Below are positions 46,394 through 55,492 of a stretch of 64,000 bases of DNA, one piece after another. Position 1 is the stretch's first letter. The number at the start of each line of letters is the position of its first letter. The position numbers were made by a program, and so were the translations under genes. The notes under the pieces are model-generated. The model saw nothing but the letters and a program-made list of their open reading frames with translations. It did no database searches and was not told the DNA's origin. This stretch comes from an uncultured Chloroflexia bacterium (lineage in GTDB: Bacteria > Chloroflexota > Limnocylindria > Limnocylindrales > CSP1-4): assembly GCA_963748625.1 (NCBI GenBank), contig CAVVJT010000006.1, forward strand, positions 1 through 64,000, written 5' to 3'.

Positions 46394-47752
46394 GTGGACG
46401 ACACCGCGACCGGCGCGATCCCCCTGACCGGCGACGCCACGCCGGAGGTCGACCCGGAGGCGGGGGCCCGTCCCACCGCGCTGTTGCCGATGACGCAGCT
46501 GATGCGGATCTCGGCCTACTGGCTGGGCCTCACCGCCATCGATGCCGCGGTCGGGTTGTTCATCACCAATCGTGTCGAGTTCGACGGCCTGGTGCCCAGG
46601 GACGACGTCGGCAAGTCGCTGTTCATGATCGGCATCGGCGCCGCGATCGTGGGAATCATCATCCAGCCCACCGTCGGCTACATCAGCGACTACACCGTTT
46701 CCAGGTGGGGTCGGCGCAAGCCGTACATCGTCTTCGGGTCCCTGCTGGACGTGGTGTTCCTGATCGGGATCGCCATGGGGAACTCGGTCCTCATGCTCGC
46801 GGCCTTCATGCTGCTGCTCGCCGTCAGCACCAACATCGCGCGCGGTCCATTCCAGGGCTACATCCCGGACCTCGTCGCGGAGCCGCAGGTCGGCATGGCG
46901 AGCGGGATGGTGGGCCTCATGCAGGTGGTCGGGAACGTCACCGGGTTCCTCCTCGTATCGCTGTCCGTCACGCTCGGCGTCATGGAGCTCTCGCTCGTGG
47001 CGGTTGCGATCGTCGAGCTCGTGACCATGGCCAGCGTGGTCCTCAAGGTCGGAAAGGGCATGCCGCCCAAGCCGCGCCACGGCAAGTCCTGGGCACGCAT
47101 CGCACGCGAGGCCTGGGCGACCGACATCCTCCGGGAGCGGTCCTACATCTGGTTGCTGGTGTCCCGGCTCCTGTTCCTGGTCGCCGGCTCGCTCCTCGTC
47201 AACTTCGTGGTCATCTACCTCGGGCGCGCCTTCTTCATGTCCAAGGAGGAGGCGAACTCGATGTACGTCGTCATCCTGATCGTCGTCATCGCCGCCAACG
47301 TGGTGGCGATCCTGCCCGCCTCCCGCCTGTCCGACCGGATCGGGCGCAAGCCGCTGATCTTCGCAGCGTGCGCTGGCGGTGCCGCGGGTGCGGGGATCAT
47401 CGCCCTGACACCGTCCATCCCGATCGCGATGGTCGGCGCCGCGCTGTTCGGCGCCGCGAACGGCAGCTTCCTGGCCGTCGACTGGGCGCTGATGACCGAC
47501 ATCATCCCGCGAGCGTCGGCCGGCCGCTACATGGGCATGAGCAACGTGGCCACCGGTTCGGCCGGGCCTCTCTCCGTCGCCATCGGCGGGGTCGTGCTGG
47601 ACCTCGTGACCTCGGCCGGCAACGAGCCCCTCAGCCCAAGGGTGGTGTTCATTCTCGCCGTCGCGTTCTTCGCGAGCGCAGCGGTCACCCTTCGCCCCGT
47701 CGTCGAGCCGCGCCGCGACCGCCACCCACGGGCGGAGGCCGCAGCCGCCTGA
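46394..47752 (+). CDS. MFS transporter
   Basis: About 12 TM segments; GYISDYTVSRWGRRKPY and SDRIGRK motif A; GGAGG Shine-Dalgarno. Confidence 0.9.
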   Translation: MDDTATGAIPLTGDATPEVDPEAGARPTALLPMTQLMRISAYWLGLTAIDAAVGLFITNRVEFDGLVPRDDVGKSLFMIGIGAAIVGIIIQPTVGYISDYTVSRWGRRKPYIVFGSLLDVVFLIGIAMGNSVLMLAAFMLLLAVSTNIARGPFQGYIPDLVAEPQVGMASGMVGLMQVVGNVTGFLLVSLSVTLGVMELSLVAVAIVELVTMASVVLKVGKGMPPKPRHGKSWARIAREAWATDILRERSYIWLLVSRLLFLVAGSLLVNFVVIYLGRAFFMSKEEANSMYVVILIVVIAANVVAILPASRLSDRIGRKPLIFAACAGGAAGAGIIALTPSIPIAMVGAALFGAANGSFLAVDWALMTDIIPRASAGRYMGMSNVATGSAGPLSVAIGGVVLDLVTSAGNEPLSPRVVFILAVAFFASAAVTLRPVVEPRRDRHPRAEAAAA

Positions 47753-47756
47753 CCGG

Positions 47757-48755
47757 TCAGTCGCCGATCTCAGCCACGGCCGCGGCGCCTCCTCTCGACG
47801 CCGGGTCGTGCCGGCCAGCGTCGAAGCCGAGGTATGCGCGCAGCCACGCTGCCGATCGAGCACGCCCGATGCGGACGGTCGCCCGGGGCTCCGTGCGGAA
47901 CGCGTGACCCCACCGGACCGCCCGGTCGCGCTGGATCCGCAACGCGGCCACCCACGCGGACGCGCTCAGGAAGGCGAAGGGGTGGTGCAGCCGCCACCAC
48001 CATGGCACGGCCGACCAGATGAACACGAGGTAGTCCGCCCGGAAGGGTCGCTCCCCGAAGCCGAACAGGACCTGGAGCTGGACGATCGTCATCGGCAGCA
48101 TCACGAGGGAGAGCAGCCCGGACAGGGCCAGGAACACCAGCCCCCATGAGCGCGCCCGCGGCGGCAGCACGAACCACAGGGGCGCCGGGACCCACTTCAT
48201 CCAGGTCGCCAGGCCCCAGATCAGGCCGCCGACCCTGGGGCCCGTGAACTGGGCGCCGAACAGCGCGAGCGCCAGCAGCAGATTGATGTTCCCCGTGTCG
48301 AGGTTGGCCGCCATCGGGAACCAGATCAGCCCGACGAGGATGGCGGTCGGCAGCGGCCGCCGCGTGTAGGCCCAGCGGATGGACCACAGCAGCAGCAGGA
48401 TCTGGACCCCGCGCCACGTGAACCAGGCCACCTCCCACGGCAGTAGCGCCCACGGGACGAACAGCGGGAGCATCCAGGGCGAGTAGACGTAGGGCAGGAA
48501 CGGTCCAAGTGGGTGGTACGGGTCGCCACCCTCCAGCCAGATCCGCACCGCGGCCCAGTAGGCGCGGGCATCGGCGCCCGCGGTCTCGCCGCGGGCCGTC
48601 ATGCCGGCCAGGGCGAGCGCGAAGACGACAATGAGGATGCCCATCGCGACGATGCGCCGGGGTTCGCGGATCCGGGTCGCCTCCTGGTGGAGGGCACGCC
48701 GGATCACGCCCGCGCGTCGGGCCGGCCGTCGGTGGAGCGTCGCCTGGGGGTCCAT
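47757..48755 (-). CDS. Glycosyltransferase family 87 (DUF2029-like) membrane protein
   Basis: DARAYW..GGDPY, YVYSP, GNIN, WMKWVP; polytopic. Confidence 0.72.
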   Translation of the reverse strand: MDPQATLHRRPARRAGVIRRALHQEATRIREPRRIVAMGILIVVFALALAGMTARGETAGADARAYWAAVRIWLEGGDPYHPLGPFLPYVYSPWMLPLFVPWALLPWEVAWFTWRGVQILLLLWSIRWAYTRRPLPTAILVGLIWFPMAANLDTGNINLLLALALFGAQFTGPRVGGLIWGLATWMKWVPAPLWFVLPPRARSWGLVFLALSGLLSLVMLPMTIVQLQVLFGFGERPFRADYLVFIWSAVPWWWRLHHPFAFLSASAWVAALRIQRDRAVRWGHAFRTEPRATVRIGRARSAAWLRAYLGFDAGRHDPASRGGAAAVAEIGD

Positions 48756-48812
48756 CGACCTGCATTCTCGCGCGTTCAGGCCCGGTTGGGGCGCTGCTAG
48801 ACTCCCGGGACC

Positions 48813-49646
48813 ATGCCGCACGGGACAGTCATCGTCATCGGCGGGGCCGAGGACAAGGTCCGCGATCGGGTCATCCTCGGCCAATTCGTCGCGCTCGCGG
48901 GCGGGCCCGAGGCGAGGATCGCCGTGATCGCAACGGCCAGCTCCTTCGGCATGGAGGCGGGCGACCGGTACCGGTCCGTGTTCACCGAGCTGGGTGCTGC
49001 GAACGTGGCGCCGCTCAACGCCGTGAGCCGCGCGCAGGCGAACGACGAGCACGCGGCGCGAATCATCGGCGACTCCACCGGCATCTTCATGACCGGCGGC
49101 AACCAGCTCCGGCTCTCGTCGATGCTGGGCGGGACGCGCCTCGCCGACGCGATCATGGCCCGCTTCATGGCCGGTGCCGTGGTCGCAGGCACCTCCGCCG
49201 GGGCAAGCGCCATCTCGTCGCACATGATCGCGTTCGGGGCGTCGGGCGCCACGCCCAAGCACCGGATGGCCCAGATCGCCGCGGGTCTCGGGTTGCTCCC
49301 GGGCGTCATCGTGGACCAGCACTTCCAGCAGCGGAACCGGCTGGGGCGGCTGCTGTCGCTGATCGCCCAGAACCCGTCGCTGCTGGGCCTCGGCGTGGAC
49401 GAGGACACGGCCGGCGTCGTGGGCCCGGACCAGGTGATGGAGGTCATCGGGCGCGGGTCCATCACCGTGGTGGACGGCGCGGCGTCCGAGACCGACGCCT
49501 GGGAGATCCGCGGCCACCGGCCCCTCATGATCAGCGGGGTGGTGCTGCACAGCCTGCCGGCGGGCTACCGCTTCGACATTCGTCGGCGGACGCGGGTCTC
49601 GGCGCCGGACCTGCAGGTCATCGAGGGCGAGATCGCCTCGAGCTGA
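48813..49646 (+). CDS. cphB: Cyanophycinase (peptidase S51)
   Basis: IIGGAEDK, FMTGGNQLRL, GTSAGA (catalytic Ser), IVDQHFQQRNRLGRL, GVDEDT. Confidence 0.95.
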   Translation: MPHGTVIVIGGAEDKVRDRVILGQFVALAGGPEARIAVIATASSFGMEAGDRYRSVFTELGAANVAPLNAVSRAQANDEHAARIIGDSTGIFMTGGNQLRLSSMLGGTRLADAIMARFMAGAVVAGTSAGASAISSHMIAFGASGATPKHRMAQIAAGLGLLPGVIVDQHFQQRNRLGRLLSLIAQNPSLLGLGVDEDTAGVVGPDQVMEVIGRGSITVVDGAASETDAWEIRGHRPLMISGVVLHSLPAGYRFDIRRRTRVSAPDLQVIEGEIASS

Positions 49647-49749
49647 CGCGCGTGCTCAGCCTGGCGGCGACGTTGGCTCGGGGGAGGCTCGACCGAGCGC
49701 GACGCCCAGCGATTACACTCCGGTTCCCCACGCACGCGAGGAGGGTCCA

Positions 49750-52719
49750 GTGGCGCAGGCGGATCCCGCTTCCCCGAAGCGGCCGAGGAAGACCGCGGCT
49801 CCGGCCGCCGACACGACCGCGGACGGGGGCGCAGCCGCGGCTCCGGCCGCCGCCACCACGCCGGACGCCGGCGCCACGCCGGAGGCGGACCCGGCCACGC
49901 CGCGGCGGAGGGCCTCGGACGCGATCCCGGGCGGCCTGCGTCCCGAGCCCACCCTGCGCATCCTCGAGACCCGCGTCCTGCGCGGCGCCAACTACTGGGC
50001 CAGGGAGCCCGTGATCCGCCAGGTCGTGGATCTGGGCGTGCTCGAGGAGTTCCCGAGCAACACGATCCCTGGTTTCGTCGACGCCCTCGTCGGGTTGCTG
50101 CCAACCCTGGAGGAGCACGCCTGCTCCCTGGGCCGGCGAGGCGGGTTCATCACGCGCCTCCGTGATGGGACCTGGGCGGGCCACGTGGCCGAGCACATCG
50201 CCCTGGAGTTCCAGAACCTCGCCGGCACGGACGTCCGCCACGGCAAGACCCGCGGCACCGGCGAGCATGGTCGCTACAACGTGATCTTCGAGTACCGCGA
50301 GGAGCAGGTCGGCATCGAGGCCGGCCGCAAGGCCGTCGGGCTCGTCAACCACCTCGTGGCGCCCCACGACCCGGCCTTCGACTTCGATCTCATGGCGGAG
50401 CTCGAGAGCCTGATCCTCATGGCGGAGCGGCTCGCCTTCGGGCCCTCCACCCAGGCGCTCATCGACGAGGCCGCGGGCCGCGACATCCCGTACATGCGCC
50501 TCGACCGCTACTCGCTCGTCCAGTTTGGCCAGGGTGTCCACCAGCAGCGAATCCGCGCCACGATGACCAGCCGCACGAGCGGCATCGCGGTGGACATCGC
50601 GTCGGACAAGAAGCTGACCAACCGCCTCCTCGACTCGGCAGGGCTCCCGGTGCCGCGCTCGGAGATGGTGGAGACCGAGGACGAGGCCGTCGCCGCGGCC
50701 CGCCGCCTGGGTTATCCATGCGTCATCAAGCCGCTCGACGGCAACCACGGCAGGGGCGTCGCGCTGGACCTGCTGAACGAGGCCGCCGTCCGCGCCGCCT
50801 GGCCCGAGACGCTGCGCCAGAGCCGCGGCGGCGACGTGATCGTGGAGTCGTACATCACCGGCCGCGACTATCGCTGCCTCGTGATCGGCGGCAAACTCGC
50901 GGCGGTCGCCGAGCGTGTCCCGGCCAGCGTCACCGGCGACGGCGAGCGGACGATCCGCGAGCTGGTCGAGGTCACCAACGCCGACCCGCGCCGGGGCCTC
51001 GGGCACGAGAAGGTCCTCACCCGTATCAGGCTCGATGCCAACGCCGAGGCGGTCCTCGCGGGCCAGGGCTTCGCCCCCGACGACGTGCCGCCCGCCGGCG
51101 CCTTCGTCAAGCTCGCCCTCACGGGCAACATGTCCACCGGCGGCACGTCCATCGACCGCACCCTCGAGGCCCACCCCGACAACGTGGAGATCGCCGAGAC
51201 GGCGGCCCGCGTCGTCGGCCTCGACATCGCCGGCATCGACTTCATCTGCCCGGACATCGAGGAGCCGGTCCGCGAGACCGGCGGCGGCATCGTCGAGGTC
51301 AACGCGGCCCCCGGCTTCCGGATGCACACGCATCCAACCGAGGGTGAGCCCCAGTACGTCGCAAAGCCGGTCATCGATCTCCTGTTCCCGCCCGGCACTC
51401 CGGCCCGCATCCCCATCCTCGCCGTCACCGGGACCAACGGCAAGACGACGACCGTGCGGATGACCGCCCACGTCCTCAAGCTGATGGGCAAGCGCGTGGG
51501 CATGACGTCCACCGACGGCATCGTCATCGACGGCCGGCTGATGAAGCGCGGCGACATGAGCGGGCCGAAATCGGCACAGATGGTCCTCCAGAACCCGACG
51601 GTGGACACGGCGGTGTTCGAGGTGGCCCGCGGCGGCATCCTTCGCGAGGGCCTGGGCTACGACCGCAACGACGTCGCTGTGGTCACCAACGTCACCGGCG
51701 ATCACCTGGGGATCGGCGGCATCGACACGCTCGGCCAGCTGGCCAACGTCAAGGGCGTGGTCGTCGAGGCCGTGCCGCGGGCGGGGACCGCGGTCCTCAA
51801 CGCCGACGACCATCTCGTCTACCGGATGGGACGCCACTGCAGCGGACGCGTAGTGCTGTTCTCGATGTCGAAGGCGAAGGGGGAGGAGGGCTTCGATCGC
51901 GTCGACGGGCACGCCGCGCGTGGCAACGCCGCCTTCTGTCTCGAGGACACGCCCCAGGGCGAGCTCATCGTGCTGCGCCACGGCCCGCGCAAGATGCCGG
52001 TCCTCTACACCCACCTCATTCCCGCCACGTTCGGCGGGCGGGCGCGGATGAACGTCGCCAATGCGCTCGCCGCCGCTGCCGCCGCGTGGTCGATGGGCGC
52101 CCACATCCACGACATCCGCCAGGGCCTGAGGACCTTCTCGACGTCCTTCTTCCAGGCGCCGGGCCGCCTCAACCTGGTGGAGGTCGCGGGGACGCGCGTG
52201 GTCATCGACTACTGCCACAACGTGGACGGCATGCGCCAGCTGGCGGACTTCGTCAACCGGATGATGGTGGAGCCGCAGACGCGGGCGGGCGTGCTGGGAG
52301 CCTCGGCCGCACCGCCGCGAACCGGGCGAGCCATCGGCGTCATCGGGATCCCGGGCGACCGCCGCGACCAGGACCAGCGCGAATACGGCGCCCTGGCCGC
52401 CACCGCGTTCGACGAGCTCGTCATCCGCGAGGACCGCAACCTGCGCGGGCGGCAACCCGGCGAGTCGGCGTCCAACGTCGCCGCGGGGATCCGTGCCGCC
52501 CGCGGCGAGGGCGGTGGCCGGGCCGTGCGGATCGACAAGATCCTTGACGAGGCGTCCGCCGTGCGCGCGGCCCTGCGTCGCTCGGCCCCGGGTGACCTCG
52601 TGGTGGTCTGCGCCGACGATGCAGTGGACGTGTACCGGCAGGCGATGGCACTCGCCGGGCGCAACCAGGGCGGCACCGCCTTCGCCGACCCGGGCGAGCT
52701 GGAGGCTCCGCTGGGATGA
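49750..52719 (+). CDS. cphA: Cyanophycin synthetase CphA1 (N, ATP-grasp and Mur-ligase domains)
   Basis: LRGANYW, EHACS...GHVAEH, GPST, KPLDGNHGRGV, EVNAAPGFRMH, VTGTNGKTTT, EVARGG, PGRLN, DYCHN, GDRRD. Confidence 0.96.
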   Translation: MAQADPASPKRPRKTAAPAADTTADGGAAAAPAAATTPDAGATPEADPATPRRRASDAIPGGLRPEPTLRILETRVLRGANYWAREPVIRQVVDLGVLEEFPSNTIPGFVDALVGLLPTLEEHACSLGRRGGFITRLRDGTWAGHVAEHIALEFQNLAGTDVRHGKTRGTGEHGRYNVIFEYREEQVGIEAGRKAVGLVNHLVAPHDPAFDFDLMAELESLILMAERLAFGPSTQALIDEAAGRDIPYMRLDRYSLVQFGQGVHQQRIRATMTSRTSGIAVDIASDKKLTNRLLDSAGLPVPRSEMVETEDEAVAAARRLGYPCVIKPLDGNHGRGVALDLLNEAAVRAAWPETLRQSRGGDVIVESYITGRDYRCLVIGGKLAAVAERVPASVTGDGERTIRELVEVTNADPRRGLGHEKVLTRIRLDANAEAVLAGQGFAPDDVPPAGAFVKLALTGNMSTGGTSIDRTLEAHPDNVEIAETAARVVGLDIAGIDFICPDIEEPVRETGGGIVEVNAAPGFRMHTHPTEGEPQYVAKPVIDLLFPPGTPARIPILAVTGTNGKTTTVRMTAHVLKLMGKRVGMTSTDGIVIDGRLMKRGDMSGPKSAQMVLQNPTVDTAVFEVARGGILREGLGYDRNDVAVVTNVTGDHLGIGGIDTLGQLANVKGVVVEAVPRAGTAVLNADDHLVYRMGRHCSGRVVLFSMSKAKGEEGFDRVDGHAARGNAAFCLEDTPQGELIVLRHGPRKMPVLYTHLIPATFGGRARMNVANALAAAAAAWSMGAHIHDIRQGLRTFSTSFFQAPGRLNLVEVAGTRVVIDYCHNVDGMRQLADFVNRMMVEPQTRAGVLGASAAPPRTGRAIGVIGIPGDRRDQDQREYGALAATAFDELVIREDRNLRGRQPGESASNVAAGIRAARGEGGGRAVRIDKILDEASAVRAALRRSAPGDLVVVCADDAVDVYRQAMALAGRNQGGTAFADPGELEAPLG

Positions 52720-53006
52720 GCGACGCGGGCGTGCCGTGACGGGCTCCGGTGGGCCGCGGGGCGCGGAGCTCGAGGTCCGCGCACCTGGCGAACCCATACC
52801 CCCGGCCGCGCTGCTCAGGATGGCTCGCGTTGGGTGTATCGGATCCGGGCCACGACGGTGCGGAGGAGCAGTCGACGAGCGACCACATCGGCCGATCGTA
52901 CTGGGCTGATCTGAGCACGAATCGGGGTTGCCGACCCCCACGGGCCGAACGCCGCCGCCTGCCGGGCGCATCATCGTCTCGACAATGCACGGCAGGGTGG
53001 GGAGCC

Positions 53007-53297
53007 ATGGAACGAGACAGCGCACCACGACGGTTCGCGACCCTGGTGCTCGCTGCAGCGGCAATCGGATCTCCACTCGCGGGTTGTGGCACGCCGACGA
53101 CACCGTCGGCTGTGCCGAGCCCTTCCAGCGACCAGCCGGCACCCGCGACCCGGCAGGGGGAAAGCCGGGCCGCGACCGGAGTGTGCGTCACTCAGCCGGA
53201 CGCGAGCAGGGCAGTCGCTCCGGACATGGCATCAACCTCGACGAACCAGTGGCTCGTCACGTCGGCGGTCGTCCCGTCGGCCCTGCCGGACAGGTAG
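53007..53297 (+). pseudogene. Short lipoprotein-like ORF or remnant
   Basis: GGAG-cc-ATG; MERDSAPRRFATLVLAAAAIGSPLAGC (lipobox LAGC) plus a P/S/T linker, then it runs into the antisense strand of the next fragment. Confidence 0.4.
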
Positions 53298-53404
53298 ACC
53301 TGCCAGACGAGCCGCTGCTCGCCGGCCTGGGTGAAGGTGATCGGCAGCTCGGCCGTGTCCCCCTTGACGCCAGTGGCGTCGGTGATGACGGTGGCGCTGC
53401 GGAC
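53192..53404 (-). pseudogene. Orphan 3' gene fragment (PepSY-like end)
   Basis: Coding-like GC3 for VRSATVITDATGVKGDTAELPITFTQAGEQRLVWQVYL...WFVEVDAMSG*, with no plausible start; a repeat cluster lies upstream. Confidence 0.45.
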
Positions 53405-53469
53405 TCGGCGGCAACGCGTGCGACCGCCGGCGTGGGCGGGTCGGCGTACGGCCGGGACACGTTGACGAT

Positions 53470-53617
53470 GGCCGCCCGGCGGCCCATCTGTCGCCCTCTG
53501 GCGGCGAACCGTCCTCTGGGCGGCCAATTGCCGTCGTAGCGGCTGCGAGGGACTGGTCTGGTCGCGCCCAGGGGACCGAGCGTCCGGGTGCGGCGACGAA
53601 CGGTCCGCCCAGCGGAC
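53470..53617. repeat. Cluster of GTCCG-N5-CGGAC palindromic repeats (REP-like), copy A
   Basis: Units at 53470, 53511, about 53562 and 53603; pairs are 41 bp apart and offset by about 92 bp. Confidence 0.6.
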
Positions 53618-53639
53618 CGGGGAGCCCCCGGAGCCCGCC

Positions 53640-55403
53640 CTACTCCCGAACGCGCCCCTGGTCGGTGAGCCTCGGCGCCAGGGCCAGGAGTTCCGTGGCC
53701 ACGTCAACCCCACGCGCCCCCAGGCGCTCGAGCAGCGCGAAGACCTGGTCCCGATCCTGGTGGCAGAACAGCACGACGACCCGCGGCGCGTCGGGGCGCC
53801 CATCGGCGGCGACGCTGCCCGCACCGACCAGCTCCGCATCGAGGGCCATTGCCTCACTCTCGTAGACCGGGACCGTCGCTGGGTCCAGGCCACCCTCCAT
53901 GAGCCCCTCGCCGATGACCCGCACGATCTCCGCGCGATCACGTCCGCGCAGGTAGGCGAGGGTCTCCTTGAGCACGACCCGCTGCGCCCGCTGCGCGGCG
54001 AGGCGCCCGATCCCCCGCAGCGTGTCGTCCGGCCGGTCGCCGGCGGTCCCGATGATGGCGGTCACGGGCGCGACCCCTTCGGCCTCCCCGCCGGCGATCG
54101 CCGACGCGACGTCGAGGATCGCCTCCGTGCCGGCCTCGTTGTGCGCGAAGTCCACGATGATCGTCCGACGGCCGAGGCGGAACAGGTTGAGTCGCCCCGG
54201 CGAGAGGTCTGCAGACGGCCGGAAGTCCAGGAGCCCGGCCGAGACCTGCTCGCGCGTCGCACCCAGCGCCCGTGCCCCGCCGGCCGCCGCCAGCGCGTTC
54301 GCGACGTTGTGCCTCGCCAGGCCGCCCAGCGCGACGGGCAGGTCGGCGACGTCGAGCAGGGCTTGCGCGGCGGCGCCGTCCCATTCGACCAGCCGGCCCC
54401 GATCGAGGACCCAGGCGAGCCCGCCCGCGCGCCGGTGGCGCGCGAGGAGCGGCGAGGAACCCGGGTCCATCGAGAAGTAGGCCACGCGCGCTCGTACCCG
54501 GCGCGCGATGCTCGCCACGAGCGGGTCGTCGGCGTTGAGCACGACGAGTCCGCCGGGCTTCGTCACGCGGCACACCGTCGCCTTGACCTCGGCGAGCTCC
54601 GGGAGCGTGTGGATGCCCTGCAGATCGAGGTGGTCCGCCGAGATGTTGGTGAACACACTCGCCTCGTTGGACTCATAGCCCATGCCCCGCAGGACGAGGC
54701 CGCCGCGCGCCGTCTCCAGGACCGCCACGTCCACGTCGTCCCGGCGCAGGACCGCCGCCGCGCCACCCGGCCCGGTCCAGTCCCCGGCGTCGACCATGCG
54801 CTCGTCCACGAGGATCCCGTCGCTGGTCGTCGTGCCGACGTGGTGCCCGGCCAGCAGCAGGATGTGGGTGATCAGCCGGGTGACGGTCGACTTGCCGTTG
54901 GTCCCGGTGATGGACACGACGGAGATCCGCCGATCGGCGTCGCGGATCCAGGCCGGCGGGGCAGCGCCGGCCTCCGCGATCCGGGCCTCCCAGCTGTCCA
55001 CGAGGCGTTCCTGGGTCATCGTCAGGTGCACGCGACGGGCCGCCGAGACAGACCGGCCGGCGAGGTCCACCGCGGCCTCCGCGAGCAGGCGGGCCCGCTC
55101 GGCGCCCGACCAGGGCCAGGTGATCACCCATCGGCCGGCATCCGACGCCCGGTGGACGACCGCGGGACCCGCATGCTCGCCATGGTCGGCGCGGAGCCGC
55201 CGGGTCCAGGCCACGATATCCGCCACGGGATCCGGCCACTCGCGCATCGGCACCGGACGGGCGAGATGCACGGTGGACCCATCCGAAGGCGTCCGGGATC
55301 CCTTCCAGGTGCGCGTCCGGCCGACGGTGACTTCGACCTTGACCACCGGCAGCAGCCGGTAGACGTTGGGGCCCTCGAGCAGCCGGATCTCCACGAGTCG
55401 CAC
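53640..55403 (-). CDS. CphA-like protein: degenerate N domain plus intact Mur-ligase (M) domains, no ATP-grasp domain
   Basis: MRLVEIRLLEGPNVY resembles the CphA N-terminus; SITGTNGKST, LETARGG, NISADHL, VLNADDP, HNVANALAA, PGRLN, DFAHN, GDRPD; 587 aa versus 989 aa for CphA. Confidence 0.88.
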   Translation of the reverse strand: MRLVEIRLLEGPNVYRLLPVVKVEVTVGRTRTWKGSRTPSDGSTVHLARPVPMREWPDPVADIVAWTRRLRADHGEHAGPAVVHRASDAGRWVITWPWSGAERARLLAEAAVDLAGRSVSAARRVHLTMTQERLVDSWEARIAEAGAAPPAWIRDADRRISVVSITGTNGKSTVTRLITHILLLAGHHVGTTTSDGILVDERMVDAGDWTGPGGAAAVLRRDDVDVAVLETARGGLVLRGMGYESNEASVFTNISADHLDLQGIHTLPELAEVKATVCRVTKPGGLVVLNADDPLVASIARRVRARVAYFSMDPGSSPLLARHRRAGGLAWVLDRGRLVEWDGAAAQALLDVADLPVALGGLARHNVANALAAAGGARALGATREQVSAGLLDFRPSADLSPGRLNLFRLGRRTIIVDFAHNEAGTEAILDVASAIAGGEAEGVAPVTAIIGTAGDRPDDTLRGIGRLAAQRAQRVVLKETLAYLRGRDRAEIVRVIGEGLMEGGLDPATVPVYESEAMALDAELVGAGSVAADGRPDAPRVVVLFCHQDRDQVFALLERLGARGVDVATELLALAPRLTDQGRVRE

Positions 55404-55492
55404 GGTTCGGAAACTCTACGCGAGCGGGCACCGCGGCGACTGCCCGCTCCGGCGCCACGTGGCGCGGGGTCGTGTGCCGATAGACTGGCCGC

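Noticed and set aside
53640-55403. Calling this gene murE/murF, folC or cphA2
   Set aside because: The N-terminus and the ETARGG and GDR motifs are CphA-like and it lies outside any dcw cluster; CphA2 keeps the ATP-grasp domain that this protein lacks.
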